64,000 nt of DNA from an uncultured bacterium (GCA_963726455.1 CAVSCK010000004.1:192001-256000); one strand, 5' to 3'. Positions 8,435-17,624 are shown, counted from the first letter of the stretch. Translations and numbers: made by a program. The notes: generated by a model from the letters alone, not told the origin.

Positions 8435-10138
8435 GTGCAAGAGCGACTAATTCATGAGTTGGTGTTAGCCAGCGCGGCCCGCCATGCTACCCGGCCGGCG
8501 TATTGGCTGCGCACTGCGGACGGCTTCGCGCCATTGACCTACGCAGAATTGGCGGCCAAAATCAATTCGTTGGCGCGGGGACTGGTCAAAGCGGGATTCC
8601 GTCCGGAGACCAAGGCGGGAATCTTTGCTCCCAGCTCGCACGACTGGGGAGTGACTTATCTGGCGATTCTATTGGCGGGTGGAGTCGTGGTGCCTCTCGA
8701 TGCGCAGTCGAAATACTTCGAATTGCGTTCGGTGATCGCAAGAGCCGGAATCGGGGTTCTCTTCTGCGATCAGTCGCACTATGAAGATATCAAGGAATTG
8801 GAGAAGGTGTCGTCGCCGTTTCCGGAAGTGATATGTATGGGGCAGCCGTCAGGGATCGATCCGTCGGTGCTGACGACTGCGCGCTTGGTGGAGTTGGGGA
8901 AGGACGAAAGCGTTGTGTTGCCGGAGGTCGATCCTCGATCGATGGCGGCGCTGATATTTACTTCCGGGACTTCGGCAGAGTCAAAGGGTGTGATGCTGTC
9001 GCATGAAAATGTCATTTCCGACCTGGCTGCGGTGCGGCCGCGACTGCCGATGGTTCCTGAGGATCGGTTTCTGTCCGTACTGCCACTACATCACACGTTC
9101 GAGGCGACTTGCGGGTTTCTCTATCCGTTGTCCAGCGGGTCGTCGATTGCCTATGCACAGTCCCTGAAGTCGAACGATCTGCTGGCTGATATTCGTGGAT
9201 TGAAGATTACTGTGATGTGTGGCGTGCCGCTGCTATTCGAAAAAATGTGTGCGAGCATACAGCGGCAGGTAAGCAAGCAGGTCTTGACGAAACGATTGTA
9301 CGTTGACCTGGGGCAGCGGATCGCGGGGCTGTCCAAGTGGATTTTGGACATGTCGGTGGGGAAGGTCGTATTTAAGGCGCTCCGTGAGAAGGCCGGGTTG
9401 GATTCAGTGCGGCTGTTGGTCTCGGGGGCGGCCGCGATTAATCCGGAGGTGTCGAAATTCCTGAACAATCTGGGGATCGTGTTGGTGCAAGGTTATGGCC
9501 TCAGCGAGACATCGCCGGTGCTGGCGGTGAATTCGCCGAACGACAACGACTATAACTCGGTGGGCAAGCCACTGGACGGCGTGGATTTAAAGATACTCGA
9601 CGCGAACGAGGCCGGAGTAGGGGAGATCGCGGTCAAAGGCGGGATGGTGATGCAGGGCTATTACAATAATGAGCAGGCGACGCGCGAGACGATGCGCGAC
9701 GGGTATTTTTGCACCGGCGATCTGGGCTTTCTTGATACGGGTGGGCGGTTGCATATCACGGGAAGAAAAAAGAATGTGATAATTACTCCGGCAGGGAAGA
9801 ATATCTATCCCGAGGAGATTGAGGCACTGCTGGAAAGTTCGCCATTTATTCAGGAGTGTGCCGTATTGCCGAGGAAACGGAAGACAGGGGAGGAGCCGGT
9901 TGCCGTAGTCGTGCCGGATTTTGAAAGTCTGAAGGCGGCGCGCAACGGCGACAAGCTGGAGGACGATGAGATACGCAGTATCATGAAGTCCGAGGTCGAA
10001 CAGATAAGCGCGCAATTGGCGGAATTCAAGCGCATCAAAGATGTGATCGTGATGACAGAGGAACTGCCCAAGACCTCGACGCGCAAGGTCAAGCGGTATG
10101 TGCTGATTGAATCGCTGAAGAACCTGGGGCAATTGTAA
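8435..10138 (+). CDS. Long-chain fatty-acid--CoA ligase (AMP-binding family)
   Basis: IFTSGTSAESKG P-loop, GYGLSE, TGDLG, GRKKNVI, KVKR motifs. Confidence 0.9.
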   Translation: MQERLIHELVLASAARHATRPAYWLRTADGFAPLTYAELAAKINSLARGLVKAGFRPETKAGIFAPSSHDWGVTYLAILLAGGVVVPLDAQSKYFELRSVIARAGIGVLFCDQSHYEDIKELEKVSSPFPEVICMGQPSGIDPSVLTTARLVELGKDESVVLPEVDPRSMAALIFTSGTSAESKGVMLSHENVISDLAAVRPRLPMVPEDRFLSVLPLHHTFEATCGFLYPLSSGSSIAYAQSLKSNDLLADIRGLKITVMCGVPLLFEKMCASIQRQVSKQVLTKRLYVDLGQRIAGLSKWILDMSVGKVVFKALREKAGLDSVRLLVSGAAAINPEVSKFLNNLGIVLVQGYGLSETSPVLAVNSPNDNDYNSVGKPLDGVDLKILDANEAGVGEIAVKGGMVMQGYYNNEQATRETMRDGYFCTGDLGFLDTGGRLHITGRKKNVIITPAGKNIYPEEIEALLESSPFIQECAVLPRKRKTGEEPVAVVVPDFESLKAARNGDKLEDDEIRSIMKSEVEQISAQLAEFKRIKDVIVMTEELPKTSTRKVKRYVLIESLKNLGQL

Positions 10139-10163
10139 GAGATACTTCCAGGCCGCCGCTATC

Positions 10164-11333
10164 TCAGACGCGGCGCCGAATCCAAATCAAACAGAATTCG
10201 AGATAGACAAACAGGGGCGTGAGTATCGACAGCGCCATGAATTTGCGATAGGTGTCGCGACCGACCAGATCGTAGATGGACAGGCCGATCACGACAAACG
10301 ACGCGTACATGAGCCAGCGGAACAGGGGAGGCAAGAGATTACGGTGAACGATCAGGAGCATAACTCCCAGAGTTGAGGTGAGGAATACGTAGTCCCAGCC
10401 CTGTGGCGAGATCAGCGGAACTAAAATCAAGAGCACGGCGCTTTCGATCACGGGGGCGAGCGAAGTTGATTTGCCATCTGAGGCGACCTTTGTAGTGGAA
10501 GTTGCAGAAGTTTTGGCGGCAAGTACAAGCGCGCCAATTGTTGCGGCAATCACCACCAGCGACAACGTCCAGAGAAGAGTTGGATTGTCCGCGCCGAACC
10601 ATTTGGCGAAACAGCCGAAGAGAGAGACGTTGTCAGGATTGGTCAGGAGAGACGGTGTCGAGGAGGCGGCAGTCGTGCGCCACGCCAGCAGTAAGTCGAT
10701 GTTGCCGCGCCAGCCGTAAATGATTGCCGGGAGAATCAGGGCGAGCAGGGACAGTGCAATAGCGACCAGTGCAGCCCGAAATTTCCTCTTTGCCAACAAC
10801 AGTGGGACGAAAATTCCGGCATAAGGTTTGAGAGCTGTGGCTAGAGCAAGATAAATGCCTGCGGTTCGATCTCGATTTTCGAGCAGCGCGTAGAGCATGA
10901 GCATAACAAGCGCCGTCATGACGAGATTGGCCTGCCCCAGGTCGATTTCGTGAACATAGAATTTGGCCATTACCAGAAATGTGAGGATGACCGGCAGTGC
11001 ACCGATCTTTACGGACATGCACAGCTTGCGCGATAGAATCAGGACTGCGGCGAGTGAGCCGAATACCACGTACAGCCAGAGCAGCTTCGCCCATTCGAGA
11101 GGTAGTAGTGCGAAGGGTGCAAAAAAGACAGCGCTGACGGGGAGGTATTTGAACATGTAGTGGCTGTCGCTGACCTGGTAGAGCGGTTCGCCGTGGAGGA
11201 ACCGTTCACCGGCAGTGTAGAAGACGGTGAAATCGGTCATGCGGTCGTGGAGCTTGAGGAAGTAGGCGACGGCGATTAAGATCGCCCCTAAGATTACGAT
11301 GAGCCAGACGTGGAGCTTCCTAGAACTGGTCAT
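10164..11333 (-). CDS. GT87/DUF2029 family polytopic membrane glycosyltransferase
   Basis: DFTVFYTAG...LYQ...FKYLP, GQAN and LKPY motifs; multiple TM segments. Confidence 0.8.
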   Translation of the reverse strand: MTSSRKLHVWLIVILGAILIAVAYFLKLHDRMTDFTVFYTAGERFLHGEPLYQVSDSHYMFKYLPVSAVFFAPFALLPLEWAKLLWLYVVFGSLAAVLILSRKLCMSVKIGALPVILTFLVMAKFYVHEIDLGQANLVMTALVMLMLYALLENRDRTAGIYLALATALKPYAGIFVPLLLAKRKFRAALVAIALSLLALILPAIIYGWRGNIDLLLAWRTTAASSTPSLLTNPDNVSLFGCFAKWFGADNPTLLWTLSLVVIAATIGALVLAAKTSATSTTKVASDGKSTSLAPVIESAVLLILVPLISPQGWDYVFLTSTLGVMLLIVHRNLLPPLFRWLMYASFVVIGLSIYDLVGRDTYRKFMALSILTPLFVYLEFCLIWIRRRV

Positions 11334-11338
11334 AGTGA

Positions 11339-11367
11339 ATACTACGAGAACACAGCCAAAAGAGCAA
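11339..11367 (-). promoter_or_regulatory. Sigma70-like promoter, leaderless
   Basis: TTGCTC-N17-TAGTAT, 5 nt before ATG, no SD. Confidence 0.55.
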
Positions 11368-11374
11368 AGGCAGG

Positions 11375-11406
11375 AAACGAGACGGGCCGGTCATCTGACC
11401 TGCCCG
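11375..11406 (-). terminator. Probable terminator after beta-barrel gene
   Basis: CGGGCCGGTCA/TGACCTGCCCG stem with one mismatch; weak U tract. Confidence 0.5.
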
Positions 11407-11441
11407 ATAATTGCCTGGATTGCTCTCGCTCTGGTCAGAAA

Positions 11442-12098
11442 TCAATATCCAAGCCAGTTAAGAGTGATCTTGAATGATAATGAGTTCATTGTTATGCCGG
11501 CATCCTTGGGGCTACCATACACGAGCGATCCCTCAAAGCAAAAGTGCCGTACGAATTCGAAACCGCCCCCGACAGTAAGGCCAAGTCCGTAGGAAGCATC
11601 GTAGTCGTCAAAGGGAGTGCTCAATGCCGAGTATCCCAGTCCAGCGAATACGAATGGGGAAGGGGCCCACGCCTTGAAGAAATACGTAACCGCCGCACCA
11701 CCCATGCCATTGGTGACGGTGACTTCCTTGACAGACATTAAATAGGCATACCTATATGGATCATAATAGCCCCGCGATGCCAACTCTTCTTTATACCATG
11801 AGACTTTGCTCATCCAATAAACCATGACTTGATTTGAGAAGGCATAACCGATCTTGAAGTCAGTGTTGATGCCGACTTTATTCTGCCGTTCACTTGTAAC
11901 ACTACCATTAGTCATGGTGTAGGTGGTATAAGAAGGACCCAAACCGAGCCCAACAACGAACCCTTTGCGGTCCTTTTGTCCCTCTGGCGAAACTTTCGCC
12001 TTCGTAGGCGCGGTCTGAACTCCCGCGGATTGTTGACAATATGCACTTGGAATTGCCAACACGAGCACGAAGATCACTGCAATCGACAAGACTCTCAT
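11442..12098 (-). CDS. Outer-membrane beta-barrel protein
   Basis: Signal peptide, Gly/aromatic alternating strands, C-terminal LNWLGY; GGAGG SD before ATG 12098. Confidence 0.75.
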   Translation of the reverse strand: MRVLSIAVIFVLVLAIPSAYCQQSAGVQTAPTKAKVSPEGQKDRKGFVVGLGLGPSYTTYTMTNGSVTSERQNKVGINTDFKIGYAFSNQVMVYWMSKVSWYKEELASRGYYDPYRYAYLMSVKEVTVTNGMGGAAVTYFFKAWAPSPFVFAGLGYSALSTPFDDYDASYGLGLTVGGGFEFVRHFCFEGSLVYGSPKDAGITMNSLSFKITLNWLGY

Positions 12099-12228
12099 GA
12101 TCCCTCCCTGCATTAAGTTGTTCCGAGTGTCACCGGTGTTCTTCTATGAACATGTCACAGCCATACCGCCCGGACTACTTTGCACGATCAGGGCGATTCA
12201 TTATGATTTCAGTGCTGCGCTTGCGTCA

Positions 12229-12257
12229 AGCATAGAATGCGAGGGCGCGAAAGTCAA
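12229..12257 (-). promoter_or_regulatory. Sigma70 promoter
   Basis: TTGACT-N17-TATGCT. Confidence 0.65.
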
Positions 12258-12293
12258 GCAATTTGGGGATTGTCAAGAATGTGATTGAACGGC

Positions 12294-12328
12294 AAATAAA
12301 GAGCGGGCGGGTCTGATGACCCGCCCGC
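12294..12328 (-). terminator. Intrinsic terminator
   Basis: GCGGGCGGGTC/GACCCGCCCGC perfect 11-bp stem then TCTTTATTT on the minus strand. Confidence 0.8.
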
Positions 12329-12363
12329 AGAATTAGCAATCCAATTCTGATCGTGCGCCGAAA

Positions 12364-12981
12364 CTACTTCGTTGCGCCAAAGAAGAAGCTTACGCCGGCA
12401 TGGATGTCAACGTAAGTGGTGTTCTTTACATCGGTAAAGACCATATGGAAACGACCACCGGCGTCGATCGCGATCTTCTCATTAATCATGTATGCGCCGC
12501 CGAAGCCAGCGTTGACGCCGATTTTCGTTGACGAAGATCCGCTACCGCCAAATGAATACATGCCGGGACCGGCTTCGATGTACGGGCAGAGCTTCTTCTC
12601 GGGGGAGAAGAAATACATGCCGTTGGCGCTGATTTCGAAGATGTGATAATTTGCTGATGTGCTGGTGCTGCCAAAGCCCGCAATGGTGGCGCTGGCTTCA
12701 GCCTTCGCCATCTGGTAATCAAGAATACCGGCTACGGCAATCTTCGGAGCGACGCCGTACATGAACTTGCCTCCGAATGAGACATTCAGCTTGTTCTTGG
12801 CCGTAATTTCAAAACCTTCGCCGGCAAGGGTGATCGACTTAAACTGGTCACCAAAACCGATGCCGTAATCAAGGAACACGGTGCCGGCCATCTTGCCTTT
12901 GAGGTCGCCGATTGCTTGACCGTAGGCAGCGACAGCGCCGACGAGTACCAGGGCGATCAACAAGCCAAAGATTTTCTTCAT
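12364..12981 (-). CDS. Outer-membrane beta-barrel protein (OmpA/OmpW-like 8-strand family)
   Basis: Signal peptide, PYIEAGPG, GVNAGFG, C-terminal AGVSFFF. Confidence 0.8.
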   Translation of the reverse strand: MKKIFGLLIALVLVGAVAAYGQAIGDLKGKMAGTVFLDYGIGFGDQFKSITLAGEGFEITAKNKLNVSFGGKFMYGVAPKIAVAGILDYQMAKAEASATIAGFGSTSTSANYHIFEISANGMYFFSPEKKLCPYIEAGPGMYSFGGSGSSSTKIGVNAGFGGAYMINEKIAIDAGGRFHMVFTDVKNTTYVDIHAGVSFFFGATK

Positions 12982-13053
12982 TTTTGCATCCTTTCGTTGC
13001 CCGCGGGGGTGTCCCGCGAGCGTGAATCCTTTCAGTTACTATTTCCTCAATTT

Positions 13054-13611
13054 CTATTTTCCAAAGAAGTATTGAGCGCCAAAGAAGAAGTGCAGCCAGG
13101 CGAAAGTCGGACTGGATAGAACTACATGCGCTCTAGCCCCGCCCATCAACGCCAATTCCGGGCTCATAAACTTACGATAGCCGACTCCACCGTTCAGGCC
13201 AAAGTCGCTCTCATATACACCGGCACCGCCTAACAAAAAGATGGACCCCGGTTGGCCGGGACTCAACTCGTAAGTACCGAGCGCGAGAATGTTTGTCCAG
13301 CTACCGCCAGCCGAGCCATAGTATCCGTACGGAGTAGTCCACTTGGCACCCTGCCAGTAAATCTCAGCACCAATAGCCAGTTTTTCTTTCCATTGGTATT
13401 GGCCGAAGATGGCAAATGCGAACGTCGGCTTGTATGTCACGTTGAAGAACTCGTTGCCAAATTTGCTGAATCCGCTGAGACCCACAGAATAGCCGAGATT
13501 TGCTCCGGCGGACCATTGACCGACACTCGAGCCGCCTACTCCGGTTTTGCCGGCAGCGGGGACCGCGAAGGCCAGGCAAATGATGATGACTGCCGCTGTC
13601 GCCTTCTTCAT
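13054..13611 (-). CDS. Outer-membrane beta-barrel protein
   Basis: Signal peptide, FLLGGAG, GLNGGVG, C-terminal GAQYFF. Confidence 0.75.
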   Translation of the reverse strand: MKKATAAVIIICLAFAVPAAGKTGVGGSSVGQWSAGANLGYSVGLSGFSKFGNEFFNVTYKPTFAFAIFGQYQWKEKLAIGAEIYWQGAKWTTPYGYYGSAGGSWTNILALGTYELSPGQPGSIFLLGGAGVYESDFGLNGGVGYRKFMSPELALMGGARAHVVLSSPTFAWLHFFFGAQYFFGK

Positions 13612-13698
13612 GTAAGTACCTCTTTCATTTCAAGTTATGCTGCGAATTAGCACTATTTCAAACTCTCCGCGCATCACCTCCTGACCGTATGTTGTTAT

Positions 13699-13716
13699 CG
13701 GGTAATAAATTACCCG
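13699..13716. promoter_or_regulatory. Perfect palindrome, candidate operator
   Basis: CGGGTAAT-AA-ATTACCCG upstream of the beta-barrel cluster. Confidence 0.4.
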
Positions 13717-13834
13717 GCGAGTCACCCAACCGCTATAAGGTTTAATTCAAGAGGGGCAGGCAGTCAACAAAAACTTTGGGGTGATAGCGCATGAGAGGTA
13801 GTCCCGGGAGTTCATCTTATCTAGTATTGAAATA

Positions 13835-13915
13835 GCGCCGGTTCACAATTTCGCGCTCGGGGATCGATTGTATCAGTGGCGAGCGAAATGACCGCGCAAA
13901 ATCAGGAACCGGCGC
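13835..13915. repeat. 81-bp element bounded by a perfect 10-bp inverted repeat
   Basis: GCGCCGGTTC (13835-44) / GAACCGGCGC (13906-15) with an inner imperfect stem 13848-59/13880-89. Confidence 0.5.
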
Positions 13916-13928
13916 AACAGCTTGATTA

Positions 13929-14044
13929 TTGCTTGTGAGGCAACTACGAAAAGGGACGCCCACGAGGGGCAGTCCCACAGCAAGCTGTAGGCTACACAGC
14001 TACCGAAATCGTGGAAGACGGACGCCCACGAGGGGCTAGACTAC
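13929..14044 (-). repeat. Cluster of four GTAG/GTGG-tailed REP-like hairpins
   Basis: Units 13929-47, 13953-78, 13983-14003, 14020-44 each end in CTAC/CCAC on +; 17-bp direct repeat GGACGCCCACGAGGGGC at 13954 and 14020. Confidence 0.6.
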
Positions 14045-14057
14045 GACGACGAAATTG

Positions 14058-14085
14058 AAAAAGGGCGCGCTGGTTGGCGCGCCCT
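14058..14085 (-). terminator. Intrinsic terminator after the EF-G gene
   Basis: AGGGCGCGC/GCGCGCCCT stem followed by a U run on the minus strand. Confidence 0.8.
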
Positions 14086-14134
14086 GAATGTGAGCATTAT
14101 TCTATGGGACGATTCAGCACTTGGGTCTTGCGGC

Positions 14135-16216
14135 CTAGTCCTCGCTGCCTTTGCGTGTCGCCTGATAGGCGGCCATAACCTTCTCAGCGATTTCTTTGGG
14201 GACGGTCTCGTAATGGCTGAATTTCTGGCTGTGGCGACCGCGACCGCCGGTCATTGACCGCAATGTGGTCGAGTACTTGAATAGTTCTGCCAGTGGCGCC
14301 TGAGCTTTGATCCGCTGATATTTTCCGGCGGGTTCCATGCCCATGATTCTGCCGCGACGCGAGGACATATCGCCCATGACGTCGCCGGTGTTGCTATCGG
14401 GCACGACGATTTCCAGGTCGCAGATCGGCTCCAAGAGCACGGGGTTGCATTCCATGAATGCGTTCTTGAAGGCAATCGAACCGGCAATCTTGAAAGCCAT
14501 ATCGGAGGAGTCAACCGTGTGGTACGAACCATAATAGAGCGTTACGCGCAAGTCGACGACCTGATTGCCGGAGAGCGCGCCTTCGACCATGGCCTCGATC
14601 ACGCCCTTCTCGACCGAGGGAACAAACTTGGCAGGAATCACGCCGCCCGTGATGGCATCGACGAATTCGAAGCCCTTGCCGCGCGCTTGCGGTTCCATGC
14701 GAATCGAGACGTCGCCGTACTGGCCGCGACCGCCCGTTTGTTTCTTATAGCGGTATGACGTTTCGGTCTTTTTAGTAACGGTTTCGCGATATGGGATCTT
14801 CGGTTGTTCGAGTTCGACGTCGACGCCGTACAGGTTCTTTAGTTTCTTGACGATAACGTCGAGATGGAGTTCGCCCTGACCGTAGAGAATCGTTTGTTTA
14901 AGTTCGGGATTAACTTCGACTACAAACGTCGGGTCCTCATTGCGGAGCGCCGTCAGGCCAGAAGACATTTTTTCTTCTTCGCCCTTGGAGGTGGCGCGAA
15001 TTGCGAAATCAATCGTTGGCGCGGGAAATTCGACCGGCGGAATCTGCACCGGATCTTTCTTGTCGCAGAGAGTATCGCCGGTATGGGTGTCTTTGAGTTT
15101 GACGAGCGCGCCGATGTCGCCAGAGTGAACGACCGACATGTCGCTGCGATCCTTGCCTCGCAAGGCAAATATCTGGCCGATCTTCTCGGCGGAGCTGTGC
15201 GTGGCGTTATAGACTTCGTCGCCGACATGGAGTACACCGCTATACAGACGGAACAGATTCAGTTCGCCGACGTGGCGTTCAGCAATGGTCTTGAAGACGA
15301 ACGCGCAAACGGGCTGGTCGTCGCCGGTCTTGAGAGTCACCACTTTGTCGCCTTTCATAGCGGAAATCTCGGTGGTATCGGAAGGCGCCGGGAAGAACTG
15401 AATGGCAAACTCCAACAGGGGAATGGCACCACGGTTGGTAGTTGCCGAGGTCACGAACACCGGGAACAGCAGCCGTTTGGCAATGGCTTTCTTGAGGCCG
15501 GTCTTGAGCTCGTCCGGAGTTAATTCGCCCGCTTCAAAGAACTTTTCGAGGAGGGCATCATCAGATTCGGCGGCAGCTTCCATCAATTTGTCTTTGGCGG
15601 CTTTGCATTTGGCCTCCATGTCGCCGGGAATGGGAACTTCTTTGGCTTCGCCATCGGCGCTCAGTTCGTAGCCCTTCATTTTCAGGACGTCGACGTACCC
15701 TTTGAAAGTAAGGGCCTCGCCGATAGGAAGTTGCACCGGAAGCGCGCGCGGGCTGAGCAGGTCATGGACTTTCGCCAGCACATCGTCGAACTTTACATGT
15801 TCTTTTTCGATCTTGTTGATTACGACTGCCAGGGGGCAGTGGTATTTTTCGGCCAATTCGAAGGCGAATTCGGAGCCGGATTCAGGGCCGCCGAAAGCGT
15901 CGACGACCAGCAAGGCGGTGTCGACCACGCGCATGCCGCTGACGACTTCGCCGGCGAAATCGGAGTATCCGGGCAGGTCGAGAACGTTGATCTTGTGGTT
16001 CCTGAATTCACAATGAACGAAAGCGCCGGAAATGGAAATGCGGCGCCGGATTTCTTCATCAGTGTAATCGGAAGCGGTGGAGCCGTCATCAACTTTGCCA
16101 AGCCGCGCGATTGCCTTGGTGGAGTAGAGAAGGGATTCGGACAGGGAGGTCTTGCCGCAACCGCCGTGTCCGACCAATGCAATGTTGCGAATCTGATCTA
16201 CTGCATATTCTTTCAA
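14135..16216 (-). CDS. fusA: Elongation factor G paralog (EF-G2 type)
   Basis: GHGGCGKT, DLPGYSDF, GQGELHLD, KQTGGRGQYG, YHTVDSS, TLRSMTGGRG; not in an rpsL-rpsG-tuf context; TTG start. Confidence 0.92.
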   Translation of the reverse strand: MKEYAVDQIRNIALVGHGGCGKTSLSESLLYSTKAIARLGKVDDGSTASDYTDEEIRRRISISGAFVHCEFRNHKINVLDLPGYSDFAGEVVSGMRVVDTALLVVDAFGGPESGSEFAFELAEKYHCPLAVVINKIEKEHVKFDDVLAKVHDLLSPRALPVQLPIGEALTFKGYVDVLKMKGYELSADGEAKEVPIPGDMEAKCKAAKDKLMEAAAESDDALLEKFFEAGELTPDELKTGLKKAIAKRLLFPVFVTSATTNRGAIPLLEFAIQFFPAPSDTTEISAMKGDKVVTLKTGDDQPVCAFVFKTIAERHVGELNLFRLYSGVLHVGDEVYNATHSSAEKIGQIFALRGKDRSDMSVVHSGDIGALVKLKDTHTGDTLCDKKDPVQIPPVEFPAPTIDFAIRATSKGEEEKMSSGLTALRNEDPTFVVEVNPELKQTILYGQGELHLDVIVKKLKNLYGVDVELEQPKIPYRETVTKKTETSYRYKKQTGGRGQYGDVSIRMEPQARGKGFEFVDAITGGVIPAKFVPSVEKGVIEAMVEGALSGNQVVDLRVTLYYGSYHTVDSSDMAFKIAGSIAFKNAFMECNPVLLEPICDLEIVVPDSNTGDVMGDMSSRRGRIMGMEPAGKYQRIKAQAPLAELFKYSTTLRSMTGGRGRHSQKFSHYETVPKEIAEKVMAAYQATRKGSED

Positions 16217-16257
16217 AGCGAATACTCCTATCGAAAAGAATCAAAATATAATCTTTT

Positions 16258-16286
16258 ATTTTAGCTAACCGGCTCAGGTTTGTCAA
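16258..16286 (-). promoter_or_regulatory. Sigma70 promoter of the EF-G paralog
   Basis: TTGACA-N17-TAAAAT. Confidence 0.8.
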
Positions 16287-16419
16287 CGGAATATTGGGGC
16301 AGTTCTGAGGTGTTAGGGGGCGGTTTTTCGTCCAAAAAGCTGTGCAAATGCTGCACATTGAAGCGATTCGGGCGGATCGGAAGCAACCTGTGACGATAAT
16401 GCCGGTGAGAGGTGAAAGC

Positions 16420-16623
16420 ATGTACGACAATTCGATAATCGGCCTCAGAATGAACCTGGAGTCGTTAAGTCGCGCCGCGGAACGAGTGGCCAGACCTGAC
16501 TTAGCCGATCTGCCCGAAGAGACGGTGAACATGATGGTGGCGGAGCGCGGTTTTGAAGCGAATCTGGTGGCGCTGAGGACATCTATGGAAATGTCGCGGC
16601 GGGTCCTTGATTTATTTGCGTGA
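16420..16623 (+). CDS. Small flagellar basal-body rod C-terminal-domain protein (67 aa)
   Basis: DLPEETVNMMVAERGFEANLVALRTSMEMSRRVLDL matches the FlgC/FlgG-type C-terminal helix; GAGGTG SD. Confidence 0.7.
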   Translation: MYDNSIIGLRMNLESLSRAAERVARPDLADLPEETVNMMVAERGFEANLVALRTSMEMSRRVLDLFA

Positions 16624-16637
16624 GCAAGTAAGGGACT

Positions 16638-17624
16638 TCACTCGCGGTCGATTGATTCGACTATTTCCAGTAAACGATCGCGACGAGCGGCGTATGAGAA
16701 GTGCATCAGGATTCGCTGGCGGGCTCTTTCTCCTTCCGATTCAGGCATTGCCAGAGCTTTCCTGACAGCTTCGGCAACAACCGTGGGCTCTCTTGATTCG
16801 ACGACGATACCGCAATCACCGACGACTTCGGGCAGAGCTCCCGCATTAGATACCACCGGAATACACCTGCATAACATGGCTTCGGCGACGGAACAGCCAA
16901 AGGCCTCATGGCGAGAAATCTGCAAGTAAACTTTGGCTGCCGACAGATTCTCGACCAGCGCGTCGAAAGGAACCCGACGTGTAGATTCGAGATTCGACGG
17001 CAAGGAGTGACCCAGCAGAGCGGTAACGTCGGATTTGACATCTCCGATGTGCTGAAAAGAGACATCGGGTAGCGCTTCGGCGATTCGGACAAAGTCGTAG
17101 ATTCCTTTTCTCAGCCAAGTCGATTGCGTCAGTCCACTAACACTTGTCACGACGGCTCGCTTGAACGTTGCGGTCTCCTTCCCGATGTCTTCGAATCCGT
17201 GATAGATCAGTGTAATGGCAGATTCAGAGATCCCGAGATTGCCGATGATTTCACGGCGGGATGCGGCAGAGACGGCCAGAATTCGGTCAGAAAGACGAAG
17301 CAGGAGCTTCTTCAAAAATCGCGATAAGGGTTTTCTTGCGGCACCGTAGTCGATTTCGGGCATATTGACGGCTTCGTAACCACCGACGACGGTCACGATC
17401 TTTTTTCCCAGCAGGCGCGCGATCAGCACCAGCGGGAACGCGTACGAAGAGGCAAACCACAGGAACAGAAGATCGGATTTCGTCAGAGCTGCCACATCTC
17501 CGAGGAATCGGAAGGGGTTTACGTGATGAATATTGCGGTCGACGACATCGTGCCGTTCGCGCAGAATCCTCAGGTCGCGCAGGATGAACGAAGACTGATC
17601 GGGAAAGACGAAGAGAATTTTCAC
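16638..17624 (-). CDS. Glycosyltransferase family 4
   Basis: RKG motif and EAFGCSVAEAM (E-X7-E), GALPEVVGD. Confidence 0.88.
   Translation of the reverse strand: MKILFVFPDQSSFILRDLRILRERHDVVDRNIHHVNPFRFLGDVAALTKSDLLFLWFASSYAFPLVLIARLLGKKIVTVVGGYEAVNMPEIDYGAARKPLSRFLKKLLLRLSDRILAVSAASRREIIGNLGISESAITLIYHGFEDIGKETATFKRAVVTSVSGLTQSTWLRKGIYDFVRIAEALPDVSFQHIGDVKSDVTALLGHSLPSNLESTRRVPFDALVENLSAAKVYLQISRHEAFGCSVAEAMLCRCIPVVSNAGALPEVVGDCGIVVESREPTVVAEAVRKALAMPESEGERARQRILMHFSYAARRDRLLEIVESIDRE

Noticed and set aside
13630-13674. 14-aa upstream ORF (MRGEFEIVLIRSIT) before the OMP cluster
   Set aside because: GGAGGTG abuts the ATG with essentially no spacing, and there is no attenuator-like codon run
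13929-14044. CRISPR mini-array
   Set aside because: Only two copies of a 17-bp repeat, no cas genes, and the intervening DNA is itself a GTAG hairpin
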